In this document: positions 7,088-13,836 of the stretch, piece by piece
Layout: every line of letters starts with the position of its first letter
Numbering within the stretch: position 1 is the stretch's first letter
DNA from: Nitrospinota bacterium
GTDB lineage: Bacteria; UBA8248
NCBI GenBank assembly: GCA_046581755.1
Contig: JAYGFR010000304.1
Location: forward strand, 1-13,836
Length of the DNA stretch: 13,836 nucleotides
Direction: 5' to 3'
The notes under the pieces: generated by a model
Told to the model about the DNA's origin: nothing
Seen by the model: only the letters and a program-made list of their open reading frames with translations
Database searches by the model: none
Program-made: the position numbers and the translations under genes

Positions 7088-8233
7088 TTATCCCAACTGC
7101 TTGAAAACTTCTCTGAGTATTTTCATTCCTTTTTCGATAGTGGGCTCGTCCACCGAATAGGTGAAGCGAAGGTGGTTTTCGCCCGCAGTGCCGAACTCCG
7201 AGCCGCTGCGGATAGCGACGTTCGCCTCCCAAACACGCTGGGCCACCTCTTTCGAGGAGAGCGGAAATTCGTAACGGGCCCATAGGTAGAACCCGCCTTG
7301 CGGGGTGACGGGGATCATGCCGGGAATCTCCCGGGCCATCTCGTGCATGAGACTGCCGCGCCTGAAGTATTCCTTGGCCATGTCGGCGACGCATTGCTGC
7401 GAGCCCCGGAGGGCAGCCGCCCCGGCTCGCTGAACGAAGGTGCAGATCGGCCCGTTGATCGAACGGTGGACGCCAAAAAGAAGCGAGGTCAGTCCCGGCG
7501 GCGTGACGATGTAACCAATCCGCCAGCCGGTCATCGAGTAGGTTTTCGAGAAAGTGTTGAGGAGGATGAGCCGATCCTTGTGTTCGGTAAACGAGAGAAG
7601 GGGCACATGCTCGTAGCCGGGTTGGAGAATTTTTTCATAGGCCTCGTCCGAGATGAGGAGAATGTCCTTTTCGGCACAGAGCCCGGCGAGGGCTGCAATG
7701 TCTTCTTTTTTGTAGACGACGCCGGTGGGGTTGTTCGGGTTACAGATAAGCACCAGGCGCGTTCGATCCGTTATCGCGCCGCGTACGGACTCGACGTCGA
7801 GCTGGTATTCGGCGTTGTGGGGAACGAGGACGGGCTTGGCCCCGAGCTGGCGTACAACGTGAGGATAAAGGGAGTAAGTCGGGTCCATGAAGATGGCCTC
7901 GTCGCCGGAATCGAGAAACGCCGTCATCACGGTGTAGATGCCCGAGCTCGCGCCACTGGTGGCGAATATCTCGTCGGGGGTGTATTCCGCGCCCGCCTCC
8001 AAATGAATTTTCTCGGAGACTGAATCGAGGAATTCGGGGTCGCCGTAGCCGGGGGCGTAGAATGTGAGACCGTCGTCGAGGGCCTTTTTTGCGGCCTCTC
8101 GAATGTGCTCCGGGGTGAGGAAATTCGGGGTTCCCGAATTGAGGCGGACCATGTCGGGCGAAGTCTGAGAGGTCATGTATCGGGCCCGCTCACCGCCAGA
8201 GACGCTTTGGACGTGTTGAGAAATTTGAACCAT
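7088..8233 (-). CDS. PLP-dependent aminotransferase, class I/II (aspartate aminotransferase-like)
   Basis: CNPNNPTG, ISDEAY, TFSKTYSMTGWRIG (PLP lysine), C-terminal HLRF; AGGAG SD upstream of ATG 8233. Confidence 0.93.
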   Translation of the reverse strand: MVQISQHVQSVSGGERARYMTSQTSPDMVRLNSGTPNFLTPEHIREAAKKALDDGLTFYAPGYGDPEFLDSVSEKIHLEAGAEYTPDEIFATSGASSGIYTVMTAFLDSGDEAIFMDPTYSLYPHVVRQLGAKPVLVPHNAEYQLDVESVRGAITDRTRLVLICNPNNPTGVVYKKEDIAALAGLCAEKDILLISDEAYEKILQPGYEHVPLLSFTEHKDRLILLNTFSKTYSMTGWRIGYIVTPPGLTSLLFGVHRSINGPICTFVQRAGAAALRGSQQCVADMAKEYFRRGSLMHEMAREIPGMIPVTPQGGFYLWARYEFPLSSKEVAQRVWEANVAIRSGSEFGTAGENHLRFTYSVDEPTIEKGMKILREVFKQLG

Positions 8234-8336
8234 TACGTCAACTCCTGCATATGATTCGAATCTTTACTAGGAGTTATTATAGGATTAGTCGGCGGCAGGG
8301 ACCACCCGGGAACTCCCATTGAGGTGAACCGCATGG

Positions 8337-9528
8337 TGTGCAGGGCGAATTCCTAATCAAGCGGCGATCGGAGTCTGAAACATACCCCGGTAATGTGACA
8401 GCCATGCAGAATTCCCCAATTTTGCCAGAGTAGGTGGTCCCTTCCCGGCGGCTTCATCGGGTGTTTTCAGGTTCAGTGCCTGATGAACCCGGTGGGCGTT
8501 ATAGTAATCTTGAAACTCCCCCAGCTTCTCTTCCAGATCGCGCTCGTTCCAGAAAAGAGTCTGGTCCAGGAATTCCCTCCGGATGGTGCCCACGAGCCGC
8601 TCGGTAAAAGGATGGGAAATCGGCACATGGGGAACGGTTTTAATCCCATCAATTTCCCGGATCCGCAAATTGGATCTCCACCGATAATAGCGGAACAAGG
8701 GATCGTGATCAGAGCTGAGATAGCAGGGCGCTCCTTTTCCAATTGTCGCCTGATTGAACATCTGGCAAAGGGCGGGGCCATCGACATCGCCTCTATGCAC
8801 CCCAAATCCAATGATTCGCCGAGTGAACTGATCCATGGCGAGGAGGACCCAATGGGTCGTGAGGAAAATTGACTCGCACCGGAACAGGTCGACGCTCCAG
8901 AGGCTATCCTTCATGTGGCCGATAAAGGTGAGCCATGAAGGGCCATCCCCAGGGTCCTGGCGATAATGCTTGGCAAGTACCCGCCTCACAATGTCTTTAT
9001 CGATGTCGATGCCAAAGGATCTGGCGATTTCCAGAGCGATCCTGGGAGTGCCGAACCTGGGATTGAGACGTTTCATCTCCAGGATAAGCTGGATGAGCTC
9101 TGGTGATGGCCCCTTGGGCCCAGGTTTGCATCTTCTTTTAGAGGAGTAGAGAAGGCGATATATTCCCTTCTTTAGCGCCTGGTGAAATCCTAGGATCGTC
9201 GATGGTTTGATAGTGATGGCTGATCGCGCAGAGCGCCGTGGACCAAGAAGGGTGGCGAAGAAACCGAAAAAGAGCCGGTCAAGAGGCGTGAGATTGGGTG
9301 CCCGAAGCCGGGACCTGTTGATGATGAGAAGTTGCTACTTCAGGAGGAAATTTTCGGAGACGAGAGCCTTTGCGCCGCCGGGTCTGAGCAGTTTGGCAAT
9401 CGTAGACAGGATGTGGGCGAAAGCGACGAATAGATTCTCCATGGCGGGGGAGGTTAGGAAGAATTGTCATTCGGTGCAAGGCGAAGAAAGCTTGATTTTC
9501 AGCTAGAATTACTAATTCGACATGCACA
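8337..9528 (-). mobile_element. 1192-bp insertion sequence with TGT...ACA ends and an integrase-core DDE transposase (IS3/IS481-like)
   Basis: Terminal IRs TGTGCAGGGCGAATTCCTAAT (8337-8357) and reverse-complement TGTGCATGTCGAATTAGTAAT (9528-9508), 17/21 identical, bracket the transposase. Confidence 0.85.
8357..9442 (-). pseudogene. DDE transposase (361 codons) with an in-frame TAG at codon 36
   Basis: One frame from ATG 9442: MENLF...ENFLLK*QLLIINR...KPGPKGPSPELIQLILEMKRLNPRFG...WSVDLF...LSSDHD...TERLVGTIRREFLD...YYNAHRVHQAL. The stop is at 9337-9335; track ORF 8357..9076 is only its 3' part. Confidence 0.88.
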
Positions 9529-9972
9529 GGTTCAACGATGGGGGATTTCGATGCGCGAAGGTTTCCGGGTAACCCTTGGCGCTTTTTCACTTTTACCCTT
9601 GGCCAGCAGAGGTGCCACCACCCGTGCTACCGACATTCATCTCAGCCATCTCTCGTGACGGCTCGCCTCATTACAGATCCCCTGCGGGGCGATCTCCTTC
9701 GGGGAGACCTTGCTGATCAGATCGAAAGAGAAAGTCGATTGGTGGATCTGGAAATGCGTCTGAGGGTCGGTGCGGGTGGGTGGTGCGAGAGGATAGTTAC
9801 CGAATTTCCATGCCATGGACCGCCTGGGGAGTGAGGATGGGAGAGGAGGAAATGAAAAAAGTGCTCCGAAAGACCAAATAGTGGGTCATTCCGTCAGCAT
9901 GATTATTTTCTGACAATAATGAAAATGGCAGGAAAAATTCCCGCCCCTTTTGGTTAATTCTTACCGGAAATG

Positions 9973-10000
9973 CCTTATTTTGAAAATTATTCAAATAAGG
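9973..10000. repeat. AT-rich imperfect palindrome downstream of tRNA-Pro (terminator- or operator-like)
   Basis: CCTTATTTTGAA-AATTA-TTCAAATAAGG, one bulged T. Confidence 0.55.
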
Positions 10001-10023
10001 TTTTTCATGTAAGTGATTGTTTT

Positions 10024-10102
<79 letters not shown>

Positions 10103-10134
10103 ATTCTGCCGCCCGGCCCCGCCGGACAAAGCTC

Positions 10135-10164
10135 CTTATACCCCGGAGCGGCCCCGCCCTCCAA
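10135..10164 (-). promoter_or_regulatory. Candidate promoter for tRNA-Pro
   Basis: TTGGAG (10164-10159), 18 nt, TATAAG (10140-10135), about 30 nt upstream of the tRNA. Confidence 0.35.
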
Positions 10165-10274
10165 GTGCAATCGCGCCGTGCGGGACTGACTGGCGCACCC
10201 AGATTTTCGCAGTGACAATATCAGTGGGAATGGAAATATTCCGGGCGGCCTCGAAATGCCGCCGCCCACGGCGG

Positions 10275-12539
10275 TCAGGCGGGCGCCGCCGCCCCCTCGC
10301 CCGGGCCCGCCGCCCGGCGCTTCTTCTGGAGAACGTACAGGCCCCCGAAAACGGCCACGGCGATTAGCTGCACACCCCACCGGGGGCCTGCCGTGAATCC
10401 CGCCACAAGCCCGGGGCGAAAGGCCACCACGCAAACGGCCATGAGAACGCCCCGCTCGCCCCAGTTGCATTCGTCGGCGAAAAATCCCTGCATCGCCGCC
10501 GCGAAGGCGAACATCGCCACGATGGAGATTACGCATATCCAGGCGATCCGGAGAAAACTGGTGATCCAGATGATCTCCCCTTTGGGGCCCACCCCTCCGA
10601 TCATCAAAAGCTCGAGATTGAATATGAACACGAACGGGAGAACCGCCGTCCGAAGGTCGTAGATAAACCCCTGGATTCCGGTCTTGATGGGGTCGGACTT
10701 GGCGATGGCCGCAGCCGCGAACGCAGCTAGCCCCACGGGCGGCGTATCGTCGGCCAAAATTCCGAAATAGAAGACGAACAAATGCGCCGCCAGCAGGGGA
10801 AAGATCAGTCCCGATTTCGCTCCGAGCGCCACGATGACGGGCGCGGTCAGCGTGGCCATGATGATGTAGTTCGCCGTGGTGGGAAGCCCCATGCCCAGGA
10901 TGAGGCTCGTCACCGCCACCAGCAGCAGCATCAACACGACATTGCCGAAGGAGAGGACCTCGATCACATTGAGGAAGCGGCTGGCCAGGCCGGTGAGGGT
11001 TACCGTTCCGACGATGATGCCGGCCGCCGCCGTGGCAACGCCGATGCCTATCATGTTGCGCGCGCCCACGACGAGCCCCTGCCAGATATCCCCGAAACTC
11101 TCTGCCAGGCCATGAATGATGGCGTGCCAAAGCCGGTTTTCGAGTTCCTTGAAATGCGCCGCGCCGAAAAGCCGGCCAATCCGGGTCTCGCCCTTTTCTT
11201 CCAACATTCCGCGAATCACCATGACCGAGGCTTTCATCGGGCCCTGGACGACGATGAGCAGCATCGTGATGAGGATGGCGTTGAGCGCCGAGGTGGTCGC
11301 CGAGTAACGGAGGATGACGAGGGTGTACACCAGCATCACGATCGGGATGAGATAATGAAGGCCTTCGAGGAAGGTTTTCCAAAATGGGGGGAGCTCGGAC
11401 TTGGCGAGCGGACGGAGGTCCATCTTCATCGCTTCGAGGTGGATGACGTAGAACAGCGCGATGTAGGAAAGAAAAGCGGGAATCACCGCGGCGCGGACGA
11501 TATCCAGATAGGCCAGGCCCAGAATCTCCGCCATGATGAAGGCGGCCGCCCCCATGACCGGAGGCATGATCTGACCGTTCGTGCTGGCCGCGACCTCGAC
11601 CGCCGCCGCCTTGTAGTCCGGAAACCCCACCCGCTTCATGAGCGGGATGGTGAAGGTGCCGGTGGTCGCCACGTTGGCGATCGAAGAGCCCGATACGAGA
11701 CCGGTCATTCCCGAGGCCACGACCGCCGCCTTCGCCGGCCCCCCCCGGAACTGGCCCAGGGCCGCGAAGGCCACCTGGACGAAATAATTCGCCGCCCCCG
11801 CTCTTTCCAGAAGAGCTCCGAAGAGAACGAACAGAAAAACGAATTCGGCGGATACGCCGATCGGAACCCCCCAGACTCCGCTGTCGCTCAGATACATATG
11901 CTCCACGATGGCTTCCACCGGACTCCCCGGGTGCGCCACGAACGCTGGCATCCAGGGGCCGAAGTAGGCATAGAGCAAAAAAATCCCGGCCAACGTCGGC
12001 AGGGGCGGCCCCAGCGCGCGGCGCGCGGCCTCGAGGAGGAGGCAGATCAGGATGGCCCCCAACACGACGTCCCGCTCGATGGGCAGGCCCGCGCGCTCGA
12101 TGATTCCTTCGTAATCCCAGGCCAGGTAGATGGCGGTCAGGCCCGCCGCCAGGGCAAGGAGGAAGTCGTACCAGGGAATGGCCACCTTGCTGGAACGGCT
12201 GGGCCGTAGAAATCCCGGGAAAACCTGAAGGGCAATTGCGAGCAGCCCGCCCGGCTCGCCGGATTTTTTTCTCGCCGGGAACGACAGATAGACCAGCGTG
12301 ATGGCGAAGGTCAGGTGGATGCTCCTGGTAAGCATGGCGTTGATGGGCCAGAAGGCGTGGTAGAGCTGAAAGAGCGACCAGAAGAGCGCGATGCCCGAGA
12401 TCAGCCAGGTGGTGACGTTGAGCGGCTGGCGCCCGCCCGTTTCGGCCTCGGCGGCGATCTCCTCGCCGGTCATGCGACCCGCCTCACTGTCTTGCGCGGA
12501 GGTCCCTTGAGAGTCCGGCGGAGACCCGGAATGCGCCAT
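10275..12539 (-). CDS. TRAP transporter fused permease (4TM/12TM, TAXI type)
   Basis: [76 protein letters not shown] and DTPPV motifs. ATG 12539 has a GAGGGA SD. Confidence 0.95.
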   Translation of the reverse strand: MAHSGSPPDSQGTSAQDSEAGRMTGEEIAAEAETGGRQPLNVTTWLISGIALFWSLFQLYHAFWPINAMLTRSIHLTFAITLVYLSFPARKKSGEPGGLLAIALQVFPGFLRPSRSSKVAIPWYDFLLALAAGLTAIYLAWDYEGIIERAGLPIERDVVLGAILICLLLEAARRALGPPLPTLAGIFLLYAYFGPWMPAFVAHPGSPVEAIVEHMYLSDSGVWGVPIGVSAEFVFLFVLFGALLERAGAANYFVQVAFAALGQFRGGPAKAAVVASGMTGLVSGSSIANVATTGTFTIPLMKRVGFPDYKAAAVEVAASTNGQIMPPVMGAAAFIMAEILGLAYLDIVRAAVIPAFLSYIALFYVIHLEAMKMDLRPLAKSELPPFWKTFLEGLHYLIPIVMLVYTLVILRYSATTSALNAILITMLLIVVQGPMKASVMVIRGMLEEKGETRIGRLFGAAHFKELENRLWHAIIHGLAESFGDIWQGLVVGARNMIGIGVATAAAGIIVGTVTLTGLASRFLNVIEVLSFGNVVLMLLLVAVTSLILGMGLPTTANYIIMATLTAPVIVALGAKSGLIFPLLAAHLFVFYFGILADDTPPVGLAAFAAAAIAKSDPIKTGIQGFIYDLRTAVLPFVFIFNLELLMIGGVGPKGEIIWITSFLRIAWICVISIVAMFAFAAAMQGFFADECNWGERGVLMAVCVVAFRPGLVAGFTAGPRWGVQLIAVAVFGGLYVLQKKRRAAGPGEGAAAPA

Positions 12540-12588
12540 GCAATGTCCCTCGTCGGACAAGCCCGGCTGGCGGGCGAAATTCGGTGCA

Positions 12589-12636
12589 GAAAAGAGAGGC
12601 GCGCCGGAGGGCTCGAGTCACTCCCGCCGGCGCGCC
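12589..12636 (-). terminator. GC-rich hairpin with a pyrimidine tail between the binding-protein and permease genes
   Basis: GGCGCGCCGG (12598-12607) pairs perfectly with CCGGCGCGCC (12627-12636); followed on the minus strand by TCTCTTTTCT. Confidence 0.55.
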
Positions 12637-12667
12637 CAGCTATTGGGGGCCGCTGGAGAAACGGACC

Positions 12668-13636
12668 TTACTTCAGTCCTTTTTCCTTGTAGTAGCGCAC
12701 CGCTCCTTTATGGAAGGGCGCCGACAAGCCTCCCAGCATCGCCTTCGGAGTCAGGAACTTGAACGCGGCGTGTGTGGCGCGGAACTTGTCAAGATTCTCG
12801 AAAACGGTCTTCACCAAATCATAGACCACCACCGGATCCTGTTTGGAGCTTGTGACGAACGTGGCCTTCACGGCATAGGTCGGAACATCCTTGGGCACGC
12901 CCTTGTAGATTCCGCCCGGGATGACGGACATGACGTAGTAGGGATTCTTTTTAACAAGATCCTTGATTCCATCGGAGTCGATGGGGATGATGCGAAGGTC
13001 GGTGCTGTTGGCGATTTCAAGGGCCCCGCCCCAGGGATTGCCCACCGTGTAGAAGAAGGCGGCGATCTTTTTGTCCACGAGCGCCCGGCTGGCCTGGCCC
13101 TGCTGGAGGCCTTCGGACTTGATGTCCTTCTTGCGGTCGAGCCCGTAGATGCGGAGAACGTCCATCGCGTTTCCCCGCTGGCCGGAGCCGGGGTTGCCGA
13201 TGTTCACCCGCTTTCCGCGAAGGTCGCCCACGGATTTAATGCCGGTGTCCGCCCGCGTCGCGAGAATCACGGTCTCCGGATGGACGCTGAACACGCTCCT
13301 GAGCTCTTTGATCGGGCCCTTTTTCGCCCAATCCGCCTTGCCGTTGTAGGCCTGCCAGTTGCGGTCGGACTGCGCCACGCCGAAGTTCAAGAGACCGCGC
13401 TTGATGGCGTTGATGTTGAAGACCGAGCCCAGCGCCGGCCGGCCGATGCAGTTATAGCCCTTGCTCTTGAGGTTCTGGTTGACGAGCTTGCAAACGTTCA
13501 GGGCAACCTGATAGTAGACGCCGGTGGTGGATCCGCCGCCGACGACCAGAAACTTCTGGGCCGAGGCGGGACCGGAGGCGCCGGCCACTCCAGCTGCAAC
13601 CGCGATCGCGAGCACCCACTTCAATCCATGCTTCAT
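12668..13636 (-). CDS. TAXI-family TRAP transporter solute-binding subunit
   Basis: Signal peptide MKHGLKWVLAIAVAAG...ASA, GG.TTGVYY, GSVFNI, FGVAQSD, DLRGKRVNIGNPGSG, PFHKGAVRYYKE. A GGGAG SD precedes ATG 13636. Confidence 0.95.
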   Translation of the reverse strand: MKHGLKWVLAIAVAAGVAGASGPASAQKFLVVGGGSTTGVYYQVALNVCKLVNQNLKSKGYNCIGRPALGSVFNINAIKRGLLNFGVAQSDRNWQAYNGKADWAKKGPIKELRSVFSVHPETVILATRADTGIKSVGDLRGKRVNIGNPGSGQRGNAMDVLRIYGLDRKKDIKSEGLQQGQASRALVDKKIAAFFYTVGNPWGGALEIANSTDLRIIPIDSDGIKDLVKKNPYYVMSVIPGGIYKGVPKDVPTYAVKATFVTSSKQDPVVVYDLVKTVFENLDKFRATHAAFKFLTPKAMLGGLSAPFHKGAVRYYKEKGLK

Positions 13637-13768
13637 CGTTTTATCTCCCCATAGTGAATAGTAGTAAAGCATGCCTTCCCAAGTTCATGCCGAGTCCATG
13701 ATGAAATCCAGCAAATTCACACACCGAAACGCAGGGGGCTGAGTCTCTCCGGCTCCCCCGGGGTCCGA

Positions 13769-13798
13769 AACCTTCCGAATCCAGAACCTTCCGAATCC
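13769..13798. repeat. Perfect 14-bp direct repeat with 16-bp period upstream of the TRAP operon
   Basis: AACCTTCCGAATCC at 13769-13782 and 13785-13798. Confidence 0.85.
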
Positions 13799-13836
13799 GG
13801 AGGTCTTTCTTTCTCTCCGCAACGACAGAAAATGTA

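Overview
GC-rich bacterial chromosomal window with housekeeping and catabolic genes at both flanks and two patches of mobile-DNA debris. Left edge (1-~770): the C-terminal fragment and right end of an IS256-family element, which has cut off the start of an AT-rich membrane-protein gene. Next come msrB (no canonical start codon in front of its conserved N-terminus), a minus-strand three-gene cluster (creatininase-family amidohydrolase, an alpha/beta-hydrolase with Gly in place of the catalytic Ser, and a cyclase/kynurenine-formamidase-like metallohydrolase), tadA and tRNA-Ser(CGA). Between the converging 3' ends of tRNA-Ser(CGA) and tRNA-Pro(TGG) lies a ~5.4-kb accessory segment. It holds an intact large serine recombinase, a truncated DUF2924-type partner gene, a 33-bp hairpin that looks like two fused IS ends, two tandem 107-bp non-coding units, a PLP aminotransferase, and a 1.19-kb IS whose DDE transposase carries an in-frame amber stop and which appears to have inserted into a palindrome. 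The right flank is a TAXI-type TRAP transporter (binding protein plus fused 4TM/12TM permease). All family calls come from motif recognition by eye; no database searches were run.
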